Assembly: GCA_964187785.1 (NCBI GenBank)
Contig: OZ076409.1
Span: 71,922,001 to 71,986,000 of the forward strand
Direction of reading: 5' to 3'
DNA length: 64,000 nt
Source: Amphiscolops sp. MND2022
Lineage: Eukaryota
The notes beneath the pieces were generated by a model. It did no database searches. It was not told the origin of the DNA and saw only the letters and a list, made by a program, of their open reading frames with translations. The position numbers and the translations under genes are program-made. Positions within the stretch are counted from its first letter, which is position 1. Every line of letters begins with the position of its first letter. This document shows, piece after piece, positions 23,961 through 38,800 of the stretch.

Positions 23961-25945
23961 GTGGGCGGGGGTAATTCCCCAACAAAAATTACGGCCGGCG
24001 GGTTGGGTCCTGCCGGACGTCAAATAGCAAAGAATATCTAGTAGGAAACGGCGACACAGAATCGCGATTTTTAAATCTAACCACAATTTTTTGGACTTGG
24101 AGTGCATGCGGCCCTGAAATGCCCATACGAATCGAAGTTCCTGCTGACATTAAGCGATTGAAATAATATATAAAAAGTTATGGCCCATTTTTCACTCACA
24201 AAGAAGGGTAAAATGAGGAAATTTTTAACAAAGTCGCTGATAACTCAAAATGTGTTAACTTTTGGACTTTGACTGTGAAACAAGCTCGGAACCTTCATTT
24301 CGTGGCTGTGGCATTGCACTGAACACAAAAGATGTAAAGTTTTTACATTTTTTGAAAATTCGAAATTTTTGAAATTTTTTTCACTACTATCAGTACCCCA
24401 TATGTCAAAAACGCCTCAGAAAAAAATTTTTATTTGCTTTAAATTGGAAACCTTGGTATCCATGGTTTCTGTCGGATCCTACTCGCAGTCAAACACTCAA
24501 CAGTTTGCATCCAATGTGAAAATAAAATTTTTTTCGGGGTCATAAGCGTTTCACAAGGATTTCTCAACTTAGTTTCAATTTACAAATTGGTCACATTGAA
24601 CACATTATTTTCATCGAAGCGCGTCAGATACCGCCCTAAAGCTCACGAACGGTCCTACTGGCAACGTAGCAACCATTTATAGTAATATAAAAGAATAAAA
24701 AAATTTTTTCACCCGGTCTTCAGTCATTTTTCAGTCATTCGGAACTTAACTTAGAAAAATTTCGACCAAAATACCCATTTTTTGTCAGGTCGAAAAATCA
24801 AATTCAGATTTTTAAGCAAAATTATTAACTCTGACGTAACTCATGGGGCCCATGATACTCAAAACAACGATTGACACTGGTATCAATGGCTCCAATAACA
24901 TATGAGTCGCGATCGGACGTTATTTTGAGCAATACGTCTCAATTGAGGTAAAGATCTCGCAAGCCAGCGATCACTGTCAAATGTGATTTCATCAAAAATT
25001 TACTCATTTTTGTCAATCATTATGTGCACAGAATGCGTAGGGTGCGTTTCAGCACTATAATGAGATTTTTGAATGCATCGAGTTGCTCAAGGTTTGGTAC
25101 GAGACATTTTTGTCCCATATACTACTGTATTTTCCAAAATTTTTAGCCCAATATCTGGAAATACAAACTTGACAAAATACTTTCAACTACTTTATTCAAA
25201 GGTTACAATATAGATGAACACTGTGGTTGATCAGAAACTTTCATCTCTTTCGTTTTCCTAAATATTTTCCTTCGCATGTGTTATATTTGTATCAGAAAAA
25301 AAATCGAAACTGAAAAATACGTTATTTTGGTAATATAGAATCGCAATGATTGTGCCTAAAAACTCTTTAAACACTTCTAACGCGACCTTACGCACCCAAA
25401 ATGATCGAAAATGCTATTCACAATGGTGACATGTGCTCTTTCAACGATCCTGGCTGGACAAGGTTTGCATATTTTTCAAGTACCTGTCAGCTGAATCTTG
25501 TGATAGCCTTTTAAGTTGGCCTTGTGTCAACTTGGGAAGGCTATCACATCAAACAACCATCAACAAAAATAATTTTTGTTTATTGGATATTACAGTTGAT
25601 ACCTAATTTCGTGATTCTATACTACCGTTAGTATATTCCATGAGGTCACCTTACGATTGCATTCAGACTTTGATGAAAACCTATGAACTCAAAGTCACAT
25701 TTATATATTTTTTGCCCAAAAAAATCATCAAAAACATCTAATATATATAAAATTGAGTCTTTAACTTTTTTACGTTTCAAGTTTCTGCCGTTATTAGGCC
25801 AATCAACTTCCTACAGCCACGCTCTCTGTCATACTGTACAACGCCACATAGTGTTGCGACGTGCACGGTCTGTGGGCATGCCGAGGCATGCCCTTCGACG
25901 ACGTATGCCGAATACCGCGGGCCTACGCCCGCGCTCGCCGGCTAG
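23961..25945 (+). mobile_element. Unit 12, family A (1985 bp), head h2, tail t1
   Basis: Colinear A unit bounded by junctions. Confidence 0.75.
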
Positions 25946-27936
25946 GTGGGCGGGGGTAATTCCCCAACAAAAATTACGGCCGGCGGGTCGGGTCCTGCCG
26001 GACGTTCAAATAGCGCGAAGCATCTAGTAGAAAACAAGGAGTCCTGAAACAGCGATTTTAAAATTGAACCGTTAGAATTTGGTTTTAGATTGCATGCGGC
26101 CCTAAAATCCCCATACGAATGGAAGTTCCTGCTGGCGTTAAGCGATTGAAATAATATATAAAAAGTTATGGCCCATTTTTGGGTCATCGAGAAGGGCAAA
26201 ATGAGGAAAATTTTAACTAAGTTGCTGATAACTCAAAATGTGTTAATTTTTGGACTTTGACTGTGAAACAAGCTCGGAACCTTTATTTCGTGGCTGTGGC
26301 ATTGCACTGAACACAAAAGATGTAAAGTTTTTACATTTTTTGAAAATTCGACATTTTTGAATTTTTTTTCACTAGTATCAGTACCCCAAATGTCAAAAAC
26401 GCCTCAGAAAATTTTTTTTATTTGCTTTAAATTGGAAACCTTGGTATCCATGGTTTCTGTCGGAACCTACTCGCAGCCAAACACCCAACAGTTTGCATCC
26501 AATGTGAAAATAAAAATTTTTTCTGGGTCATAAGCGTTTCACAAGGATTTCTCAACTTAGTATTAATTTACAAAATGGTCATTTTGAACACAAAATTTTC
26601 ATCGAGGCTTGTCGGCTATAGCCTTAATGTTCTAGAACGGTCCCACTGGCAACGTAGGAACCATTTATAGTAATAGAAAGTTTTAAAAAAATATTTTCAC
26701 CCGGTCTTCAGTCATTTTTCAGTCATTCGGAACTTAACTTAGAAAAATTTCGACCAAATACCCATTTTTTGTCAGGTCGAAAATTCAAATTCAGATTTTT
26801 GAGCAAAATTATTAACTCTGACGTAACCCATGGGGCCCATGATACTCAAAACAACGTTTGACAATGGTATCAATGGCTTCAATAACATATGAGTCGCGAT
26901 AAGACGTTATTTTGAGCAATACGTCTCAATTGAGGTAAACATCTCGCAAGCCAGGGATCACTGTGAAATGTGATTTCATCAAAAATTTACTCATTTTCGT
27001 CAATCACTATGTGCACAGAATGCGTAGGGTGCGTTTCAGCACTATAATGAGGTTTTTGAAGGCGTCGGGTTGTTCAAGGGGTGGTATGAGACAATTTTTT
27101 TCCATATACTACTGTATTTTCCAAAACTTTTTGCCAATTATCTGGAAAACTAACTTGACAAAATACTTTCAATTACTTTATTCAAAGGTTACAATATAGA
27201 TGAACACTGTGGTTGATCAGAAACTTTCATCTCTTTCGTTTTCCGAAAAAATTCCCTTCGAATGTGTTACATTTGTAGCAGGAAAAAAACCGAAACTAAA
27301 AAATACGCAATTTTGCTGAGATAGAATCGCAATGGTTACACCTAAAATCATTTTAAAAACTTCTAACGCGACCTTACGGACCCAAAAAGATTTAATATGT
27401 CATTCACAATGCTGACATGTGCTCTTTCTACGATCCTGATTGAACAATTTTCGCAAATTATTCAAGTACCTGTTAACTGAATCTCGTGATAGCCTTTTAA
27501 GTTGGCCTTGTGTCAACTTGGGAAGGCTATCACATCAAAAAATTTTCAACAAAAATACTTTTTGGTTTATTGGATATGACAGTCGATATATAATTTCGTG
27601 ATTCTATACTACCGTTAGTACCTTCCATTAAGTCACCTGACGATTGCATTCAGTCTTTGATAAATACCTATGAACTCGAAGTCATATTTATAAATTTTGT
27701 GCTAAAAATAAACATCAAAATTATCCAAATAATTTAAAATTGAGTCTTTACCGTTTTTGTTTTTCTTTTTCTACTGTTATTAGGCCCATCAACTTCCTAC
27801 AGCCACGCTCTCTGTCATTAGTACAACGCCACATAGTGTTGCGACGTCCACCGTCTGTGGGCATGCCGAGGCATGCCCTTCGACGACGTATGCCAAAAAT
27901 AGCGCCCTCCGCGGTCACTACCGCGGTAGCAGCTAG
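25946..27936 (+). mobile_element. Unit 13, family A (1991 bp), head h5, tail t7
   Basis: Ends CCGCGGT-CACT-ACCGCGG, tagcag, CTAG. Confidence 0.75.
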
Positions 27937-29929
27937 GTGGGCGGGGGTAATTCCCCAACAAAAAAATCGGCCGGCGGGTCGGGTCCTGCCGGCCGTCCAA
28001 AATCAAAATCCTCCTAGTAGAAAACGGCATGTCAAACGAGCTATTTTTTTATTTAACCATACGAATTTCACCATTTTTTGCATGCGGCCCTGAAATGGCC
28101 ATACGAGACGAAGTTCCTGCTGACGTTTTGCGATGTAAATGTTTTATAAAAAGTTATGGCCGATTTGTCATTCACCTAGAAGGGTAAAATGAGGAAAATT
28201 TTAACAAAGTCGCTGATAACTCAAAATGTGTTAATTTTTGGACTTTGACTGTGAAACAAGCTTGGAACATTCATTTCGTGGCTGTGGCATTGCATTGAAC
28301 ACAAAAGATGTAAGGTTTTTACATTTTTTGAAAATTCGACATTTTTGAAAATTTTTTCACTACTATCAGTACCCCATATGTCAAAAACACCTCAGAAAAA
28401 AATTTTTATTTGCTTTAAATTGAAAACCTTGGTAGCCATGGTTTCTGTCGGAACATACTCGCTGCCAAACACCCAACAGTTTGCATCCAGTGTGAATTTA
28501 AAAATTTTTTCGAGGTCTTAGGTGTTTCACAAGGATTTCTCAACTTAGTATCAAATTACAAATTGGTCATTTTGAACACATTATTTTCATCGAAGCGTGT
28601 CAGATACCGCCCTAATGCTCACGAACGGGCCTACTGGCAACGTTGGAACAATTTATCGTAATAGAAAGTTTTAAAAAAAATTTTTCGCCCGGTCTTCAGT
28701 CATTTTTCACACATTCGGAACTTAACTTAGAAAAATTTCAACCGAAAAACCCATTTTTTGTCAGGTCGAAAATTCAAAGTCAGCTTTTTAAGCAAAATTA
28801 TCAACTCTGACGTAACCAGTGGGGCCCATGATACTCAATACAACGATTGGGGTTGGTACCAATGGCTCCAATAACATATGAGTCGCGATAAGACGTTATT
28901 TTGAGCAATATGTCTCAATTGAGTTAAAGATCTCGCCAACCAGTGATCACTGTGAAATGTAAATTCATTAAAAATTTACTCATTTTCGTCAATCACCATG
29001 TGCACAGAGTGCGTAGGGTGAGTTCCAGCACTATAATGAGGTTTTTGAAGGCATCGGGTTGCTCAAGGGGTGGTATGAGACATTTTTTTCCTATATACTA
29101 CTGTATTTTCCAAAAGTTTTAGCCCATTATCTGGAAAAACTAACTTGACAAAATACTTTCAACAACTTTACTCAAAGGTTACAATGTAGATGAACCCAGT
29201 GGTTGATCAAAAATTTTCATCTCTTTCGGTTTCCGAAATAATTCCCTTCGAATGTGTTACATTTGTAGCAGGAAAAAAAACCGAAACTAAAAAATTCGCG
29301 ATTTTGCTGAGATAGAATCGCAATGGTTGCCCCTAAAATCTCTTTAAATACTTCTAACGCGACCTTATGGACCCAAAATGATTGAAAATGCCATTCACAA
29401 TGCTGACATGTGCTCTTTCGACGATCCTGGCTAGACAAGTTTTGCATATTTTTCAAGTACCTGTTAACTGAATTTTGTGATAGCCTTTTAAGTTGGCCTT
29501 GTGTCAACTTGGGAAGGCTATCACATCAAAAAACTTTCATCAAAAATACTTTTTGTTTATACAATAATGTAGTCGATAGTTATTTTCGTGATTTTACACT
29601 ACCGTTAGTACCTTCCGCCAGGTCAGCTGACGATTGCATGCTGTCTTTGATAAAAACGTATGAACACCAAGAAAATTTTGTTGTATTTTTGTTGAAGAAA
29701 AGTATTAATAAATAATAAAAATATAATTCTAACCTTAAACAACTATAAATTTGCTTAACCGTTATTAGTCCTACCACCTATCATCAGCCTATGCCATGGC
29801 CCGGTGATTAGTAGTACAACGCCACATAAAGTAGCGACGCCCACAGTCTGTGGGCATGCCGAGGCATGCCCTTCGACGACGTATGGCAATTTTAGCGTAG
29901 CCCGCGGTCACTACCGCGGTAGCAGCTAG
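27937..29929 (+). mobile_element. Unit 14, family A (1993 bp), head h4, tail t6
   Basis: Near-identical to unit 9. Confidence 0.75.
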
Positions 29930-31918
29930 GTGGGCGGGGGTAATTCCCCAACAAAAAAATCGGCCGGCGGGTCGGGTCCTGCCGGCCGTCCAAAATCAAA
30001 ATCCTCCTAGTAGAAAACGGCATGTCAAACGAGCTATTTTTTTATTTAACCATACGAATTTCACCATTTTTTGCATGCGGCCCTGAAATGGCCATACGAG
30101 ACGAAGTTCCTGCTGACGTTTTGCGATGTAAATGTTTTATAAAAAGTTATGGCCGATTTGTCATTCACCTAGAAGGGTAAAATGAGGAAAATTTTAACAA
30201 AGTCGCTGATAACTCAAAATGTGTTAATTTTTGGACTTTGACTGTGAAACAAGCTTGGAACCTTCATTTCATGGCTGGGGCATTGGACTGAACACAAAAG
30301 ATGTAAAGTTTTTACGTTTTTTGAAAATTCGACATTTTTGAAATTTTTTTCACTACTATCAGTACCCCATATGTCAAAAACACCTCAGAAAAAAATTTTT
30401 ATTTGCTTTAAATTGGAAACCTTGGTATCCATGGTTTCTGTCGGAACCTACTCGCAGCCAAACACCCAACAGTTTGCATCCAGTGTGAATTTAAAAATTT
30501 TTTCGAGGTCTTAGGTGTTTCACAAGGATTTCTCAACTTAGTATCAAATTACAAATTGGTCATTTTAAACACATTATTTTCATCGAAGCGTGTCAGATAC
30601 CGCCCTAATGCTCACGAACGGGCCTACTGGCAACGTTGGAACAATTTATCGTGATAGAAAGTTTTAAAAAAATTTTTTCACCCGGTCTTCAGTCATTTTT
30701 CACACATTCGGAACTTAACTTAGAAAAATTTCAACCGAAAAACCCATTTTTTGTCAGGTCGAAAATTCAAAGTCAGCTTTTTAAGCAAAATTATCAACTC
30801 TGACGTAAACAGTGGGGCCCATGATACTCAAAACAACGATTGGGGTTGGTACCAATGGCTCCAATAACATATGAGTCGCGATAAGACGTTATTTTGAGCA
30901 ATATGTCTCAATTGAGTTAAAGATCTCGCCAACCAGTGATCACTGTGAAATGTAAATTCATTAAAAATTTACTCATTTTCGTCTATCACCATGTGCACAG
31001 AGTGCGTAGGGTGAGTTCCAGCACTATAATGAGGTTTTTGAAGGCATCGGGTTGCTCAAGGGGTGGTATGAGACATTTTTTTCCTATATACTACTGTGTT
31101 TTCCAAAACTTTTAGCCCATTATCAGGAAAAAATAATTTGACAAAATACTTTCAACTACTTTATTCAAAGGTTACAATATAGATGAACACTGTGGTTGAT
31201 CAGAAACTTTCATCTCTTTCGTTTTCCGAAATAATTCCCTTCGAATGTGTTACATTTGTAGCCGGAAAAAAAACCGAAACTAAAAAATACGCGATTTTGC
31301 TGAGATAGAACCGGGATAATTGTGTCTAAATACTCTTTAAATACTTCTAACGCGACCTTACGGACCCAAAAGGATTAAAAATGCCACTCACAATGCTGAC
31401 ATGTGCTCTTTCGACGATCCTGGCTGGACAAGTTTTGCAAATTTTTCAAGTACCTGTTAACTGAATTTTGTGATAGCCTTTTAAGTTGGCCTTGTGTCAA
31501 CTTGGGAAGGCTATCACATCAAAAAACTTTCAACAAAAATACTTTTTGTTTATTGTATATTGCTGTCGATACCTTTTTTTGTGATTCTATACTACCGTTA
31601 GTATATTCCATCAGGTCACCAGACGATTGTATTCAGTATTTGATAAAAACTTATGAACTCGAAGTCTTTTTCATATGTTTTTTGTTCAAAAAAATTATCA
31701 AAAAAAATTATATTATAAACAATTGAGTCTTTAATTTTTTTATTTCCCAATTTTCCAGTGTTATTAGGCTCATCAACTTCCTACTGCCACATCCAGACAT
31801 TAGTACAACGCCACAAAGTGTTGCGACGTCCACCGTCTGTGGGCATGCCGAGGCATGCCCTTCGACGACGTATGCCAAAAATAGCGCCCTCCGCGGTCAC
31901 TACCGCGGTAGCAGCTAG
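29930..31918 (+). mobile_element. Unit 15, family A (1989 bp), head h4, tail t7
   Basis: Colinear A unit bounded by junctions. Confidence 0.75.
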
Positions 31919-33900
31919 GTGGGCGGGGGTAATTCCCCTTCAAAAAATTCGGCCGGCGGGTTGGGTCCTGCCGGACGTCAAATAGTGTGAAACATCCAGT
32001 AGGAAACGGCGACATAAATCAGCGATTTTAAAATTTAACCGTTAGAATTCGGACTTGGAGTGCATGCGGCCCCAAAATGCCCATACGAATCGAAGTTCCT
32101 GCTGACGTTAAGCGATAAAAACATTTTATAAAAAATTATGGCCCATTTTACGTTCACCTATAAGGGTAAAATGAGGAAAATTTTTACAAAGTCGCTGATA
32201 ACTCAAAATACATTATTTTTTGGACTTTGACTGTGAAACAAGCTTAGAACCTTCATTTCGTGGCTGTGGCATTGCACTAAACACAAAAGATGTAAAGTTT
32301 TTACATTTTTCGAAAATTCGACATTTTTGATTTTTTTTCACTACTATCAGTACACTATATGTCAAAAACACCTCTGAAAAAAATTATTATTTGCTTAAAA
32401 TTGGAAACCTTGGTATCCATGGTTTCTGTCGGAACCTACTCGCTGCCAAACACCCAACAGTTTGCATCCAATGTGAATTTAAAATTTTTTTCGAGGTCAT
32501 AAGGGTTTCACAAGGTTTTCATAACTTAGTTTTAAACTACAAACTGGTCATTTTCAACATATTATCTTTGTCGAGGCATGTCGGATATAGTCCTATTGCT
32601 CACGAACGGTCCTACTGGCAACGTAATAACCATTTATAGAATTGTAAAGTTATAAAAAAATTTTTTCACCCGGTCTTCAGTCATTTTTCAGTCATTCGGA
32701 ACTTAACTTAGAAAAATTTCGACCAAAATATCCATTTTTTGTCAGGTCGAAAAATCAAATTCAGATTTTTAAGCAAAATTATTAACTCTGACGTAACCCA
32801 TGGGGCCCATGATACTCAAAACAACGATTGACACTGGTATCAATGGCTCCAATAACATATGAGTCGCGATAAGACGTTATTTTGAGCATTACGTCTCAAT
32901 TGAGGTAAAGATCTCGCAAGCCAGCGATCACTGTGAAAAGTAATTTCATCAAAAATTTACTCTTTTTTGTCAATCACTATGTGCACAGAATGCGTAGGGT
33001 GCGTTTCAGCACCATAATGAGGTTTTTGAAGGCATCGAGTTGCTCAAGGGGTGGTATGAGACATTTTTGTCCCATATACTACTGTATTTTCCAAAATTTT
33101 TAGCCCAATATCTGGAAATACAAACTTGACAAAATACTTTCAACTAATTTATTCAAAGGTTACAATATAGATGAACACTGTGGTTGATCAGAAACTTTCA
33201 TCTCTTTCGTTTTCCGGAATATTTCCCTTCGCATGTGTTACATTCGTAGCAGAAAAAAAAATCGAAACTGAAAAATACGCAATTTTGCTAATATAGAATC
33301 GCAATAATTGTGCCTAAAAACTCTTTAAACACTTCTAACGCAACCTTACGCACCCAAAATGATCGAAAATGCTATTCACAATGGTGACATGTGCTCTTTC
33401 TACGATCCTGGCTGGACAAGGTTTGCATATTTTTCAAGTACCTGTCAGCTAAATCTTGTGATAGCCTTTTCAGTTGGCCTTGTGTCAACTTGGGAAGGCT
33501 ATCACATCAAAAAACCATCAACAAAAATAATTTTTGTTTATTGGATCTTACAGTCGATACTTTTTTTCGTGATTCTATACTACCGTTAGTATATTTCATC
33601 AGGTCACCTTACGATTGCATTCAGTCTTTGATAAAAACCTATGAACTCAAAGTCACATTTATATATTTTTTTGCAAAAAAAACATCAGAAATACCTAAAA
33701 TATATAAAATAGAGTCTTTAACATTTTTACATTTCAAGTTTCTGCCGTTATTAGGCCAATCAATGTCCTAGAGCCACATCCTGTCATACTGTACAACGCC
33801 ACATAGTGTTTCGACGTTCACAGTCTGTGGGCATGCCGAGGCATGCCCTTCGACGACGTATGCCGAATACCGCGGGCCTACGCCCGCGCTCCCCGGCTAG
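31919..33900 (+). mobile_element. Unit 16, family A (1982 bp), head h1, tail t1
   Basis: Near-identical to unit 1. Confidence 0.75.
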
Positions 33901-35884
33901 GTGGGCGGGGGTAATTCCCCAACAAAAATTACGGCCGGCGGGTTGGGTCCTGCCGGACGTCAAATAGCAAAGAATATCTAGTAGGAAACGGCGACACAGA
34001 ATCGCGATTTTTAAATCTAACCACAATTTTTTGGACTTGGAGTGCATGCGGCCCTGAAATGCTCATACGAATCGAAGTTCCTGCTGACGTTAAGCGATTG
34101 AAATAATATATAAAAAGTTATGGCCCATTTTCCACTCACATAGAAGGGTAAAATGAGGAAATTTTTAACAAAGTCGCTGATAACTCAAAATGTGTTAATT
34201 TTTGGACATTGACTGTGAAACAAGCTTGGAACCTTCATTTCGTGGCTGTGGCATTGCACTGAACACAAAAGATGTAAAGTTTTTACATTTTTTGAAAATT
34301 CGACATTTTTGAAATTTTTTTCACTAGTATCAGTACCCCAAATGTCAAAAACGCCTCAGAAATTTTTTTTATTTGCTTTAAATTGGAAACCTCGGTATCC
34401 ATGGTTTCCGTCAGTACCTACTCGCTGCAAAACGCTCAACAGTTTGCACCCAATGTGAAAATAAAATTTTTTTGGAGGTCTTAGGTGTTTCACAAGGATT
34501 TCTCAACTTAGTATCAATTTACAAATTGGTCATTTTGAACACATTATTTCCATCGAAGCTTGTCAGATACCGCCCTAATGCTCACGAACGGGCCTACTGG
34601 CAACGTAGGAACAATTTATCGTAATAGAAAGTTTAAAAAAAATTTTTTCACCCGGTCTTCAGTCATTTTTCACACATTCGGAACTTAACTTAGAAAAATT
34701 TCAACCGAAAAACCCATTTTTTGTCAGGTCGAAAATTCAAAGTCAGCTTTTTAAGCAAAATTATCAACTCTGACGTAACCAGTGGGGCCCATGATACTCA
34801 AAACAACGATTGGGGTTGGTACCAATGGCTCCAATAACATATGAGTCGCGATAAGACGTTATTTTGAGCAATATGTCTCAATTGAGGTAAAGATCTCGCA
34901 AGCCAGCGATCACTGTGAAATGTGATTTCATCAAAACTTTACTCATTTTTGTCAATCACTATGTGCACAGAATGCGTAGGGTGCGTTTCAGCACTATAAT
35001 GAGGTTTTTGAAGGTATGGAGTTGCTCAAGGGGTGGTATGAGACATTTTTGTCCCATATACTACTGTATTTTCCAAAATTTTTAGCCCAATATCTGGAAA
35101 TACAAACTTGACAAAATACTTTCAACTACTTTATTCAAAGGTTACAATATAGATGAACACTGTGGTTGATCAGAAACTTTCATCTCTTTCGTTTTCCGAA
35201 ATATTTCCCTTCGCATGTGTTACATTTGTAGCAGAAAAAAAAATCGAAACTGAAAAATACGCTTTTTTGCTAATATAGAATCGCAATGATTGTGTCTAAA
35301 AACTCTTTAAACACTTCTAACGCAACCTTACGCACCCAAAATGATCAAAACTGCTATTCACAATGGTGACATGTGCTCTTTCAACGATCCTGACTGAACA
35401 ATTTTCGCAAATTATTCAAGTACCTGTTAACTGAATCTCGTGATAGCCTTTTAAGTTGGCCTTGTGTCAACTTGGGAAGGCTATCACATCAAAAAATTTT
35501 CAACAAAAATACTTTTTGTTTATTGGATATGACAGTCGATATATAATTTCGTGATTCTATACTACCGTTAGTACCTTCCATTAAGTCACCTGACGATTGC
35601 ATTCAGTCTTTGATAAATACCTATGAACTCGAATTCATATTTATTAATTTTGTGCTAAAAATAAACATCAAAATTATCCAAATTATTCAAAATTGAGTCT
35701 TTACCGTTTTTGTTTTTCTTTTTCTACTGTTATTAGGCCCATCAACTTCCTACAGCCACGCTCTCTGTCATACTGTACAACGCCACATAGTGTTGCGACG
35801 TTCACGGTCTGTGGGCATGCCGAGGCATGCCCTTCGACGACGTATGCCGAATACCGCGGGCCTACGCCCGCGCTCCCCGGCTAG
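33901..35884 (+). mobile_element. Unit 17, family A (1984 bp), head h2, tail t1, mosaic body
   Basis: Colinear A unit bounded by junctions. Confidence 0.75.
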
Positions 35885-38800
35885 GTGGGCGGGGGTAATT
35901 CCCCAACTAAAAAATCGGCCGGCGGGTTGGGTCCTGCCGGCCGTCCAAAATCAAAAATATACTAGTAGAAAACGGCCGGTCAAACGAGCTATTTTTTTAT
36001 TTAACCGTTAGAATTTGGGTTTAGATTGCATGCGGCCATGAAATGGCCATACGAATCGAAGTTCCTGCTGACGTTTTGCGATTGAAACACTTTATAAAAA
36101 GTTATGGCCAATTTGTCAGTCACCTAGAAGGGCAAAATGAGGAAAATTTTAACAAAGTCGCTAATAACTCAAAATGTGTTATTTTTTGGACTTTGACTGT
36201 GAAACAAGCTTGGAACCTTCATTTCGTGGCTGTGGCATTGCACTGAACGCAAAAGATGTAAAGTTTTTACATTTTTTGAAAATTTGACATTTTTGAAATT
36301 TTTTTCACTACTATCAGTACCATATATGTCAAAAACACCTCAGAAAAAAAATTTTATTTGCTTTAACTTGGAAACCTTGGTATCCATGGTTTCTGTCGGA
36401 ACCTACTCGCAACCAAACAACCAACAGTTTGCATCCAATGTGAAAATAAAAAATTTTTCTGGGTCATAAGCGTTTCACAAGGATTTCTCAACTTAGTATT
36501 AATTTACAAAATGGTCATTTTGAACACAATATTTTCATCGAGGCTTGTCGGCTATAGCCTTAATGTTCTAGAACGGTCCCACTGGCAACGTAGGAACCAT
36601 TTATAGTAATAGAAAGTTTAAAAAATATATTTTCACCCTGTCTTCAGTCATTTTTCAGTCATTCGGAACTTAACTTAGAAAAATTTCGACCAAAATACCC
36701 ATTTTTTGACAGATCGAAAATTCAAATTCAACTTTTTAAGCAAAATTAGTAACTCTGACGTAACCAGTGGGGCTCATGATACTCAAAAACACGATTGGGA
36801 CTGGTACCAATGGCTCCAATATCATATGAGCCGCGATAAGACGTTATTTTGAGCAATACGTCTCAATTGAGGGAAACATCTCGCAAGCCTGGGATCACAG
36901 TTAAAAGTGATTTCGTCAAAAATTTACTCTTTTTCGTCAATCACTATGTACACAGAGTGCGTAGGGTGAGTTTCAGCACTATAATGCGGTTTTTGAAGGA
37001 ATCGGTCTGCTCAAGGTGTGGTATGAGACATTTTTTTTGCATGTAGTACTATATTTCTCAAAACTTTTAGCCCAATATCTCGAAAAGCTCACTTCGCAAA
37101 TTACTTTCAGTTACTCTATTCGAAGCTTAGAATATATATGAACACTGTGGTTGATCAGAAACTCTTGACTATTTTGTTTTTGGAAAAAAACTGCCTTGCA
37201 TGTGTTACATTAGTGGCAGGAAAAATACCAGTAGCTCCAAAAATCACAATTTTGGACGGACAGACCTGCAATGATGCAAAGCAAAAACGTTTCAACAACT
37301 TCTGGCGCCACTTTTTTTACCCAAGAGGTTCGAAATTACTGTTAACAATGCTGACATTCGCTATAAATAAGATCGAGGTCAATTTACTAACACTTAGGTT
37401 ATACATTTATATCTGAGAAACCATTCTTTGTCAGGTCGCAATTTTAAATTTAGTTTGGGAAGCAATACTTTTCACTCTGAAGCAAACCGTTGGGCCCAAA
37501 TTACTCAAAAACTACAAAAAGACTGTCACCATATGCCCTAATAGCATATGAGATTCGACCGTATGTTTTTAACACAAAAACTCTCATCCGAAGTAAACAT
37601 GTTGAAAGCCTTGAATCACCGTGAGAAATGATTTCATCAAAAAATATTCCTTTTTCGTCAATCTTTATCTACACAGAACACGTTGTGTCATTTTCAGCCG
37701 TGAAATGAGCTTCTACCGTAATATGGGTTGCTCAAGGTGTTGTATAAGACAAAAACTTCCTCTTTTCTACTATCTTCTTCAAATATTTCAACCCTTTGTC
37801 ACAAGAAGTTAATATTCAAAATCTCTTTGAAATGTTTCTTTAGGTTGGGGTGAAGTGTTAGAACAATAATTATGATCGAAGAATGATAGTATTGGTGTTT
37901 GGACCATGTCCGGATGAACAAATTGCAAAATCATGAAAAATTTCTTACCATTTTTGGTCAGTTTGTCAGTACTAAAAATGTTAGCTGAAAAAGAATTTTT
38001 TTGATGGCACCATTGGATTCCTCTCAAAAAGTTAGCTATATGAACTGTGTAATAACCCCGTATCTTTTCAATTTAAATAATTTTAAAAAGCAAACTTTTT
38101 TGACTAAAATCCTAAAAATCATACCATTTCCTAAAAAATTTCAAATGCCCCCCATTTGACGTATAAGAATAGCACAGAAAACTATCACATACCGATCGAC
38201 TCTACTTCCATTGTAGATTACCAGAATTTTGTTTAGAACAATTTTTGACGGATGCAAAAAAAATTTAAACCCTCCAAAAAAGGGCAAAAATTACACGAAA
38301 AAATTGACCTTAAAATTTTAAAATGTCGAAAAATCATCAAAACCACAACTTCTTGGGGTTCTATCAACTCCACGTGGTCCACAGAGTTTGTTAAAACAAG
38401 TTTTACCCGTATTTGAGCAATATGTGAAAAAGCCGACTTTTTTGGGAATGAAAAACATACCATTTCCTAAAAAATTTCAAACGCACCCCATTTGACGTAT
38501 AAGAATAGCACAGAAAACTATCACATACCGATCGACTCTACTTCCATTGTAGGTTACCAGAATCTTGTTTAGAACAATTGTTGACGGATGCAAAAAAAAA
38601 ATTAAACCCTCCAAAAATGGGCCAAAATTACACGAAAAAATTGACCTTAAATTTTTAAAATGTCAAAAAATCATCAAAACCACAGCTTCTTGGGGTTCTA
38701 TCAACTCCACGTGGTCCACAGAGTATGCTAAAACAGGTTTTACATGTTTCTGAGCTATATGTGAAAAAACCGACATTTTGGGGAAGAAAAACATACCATT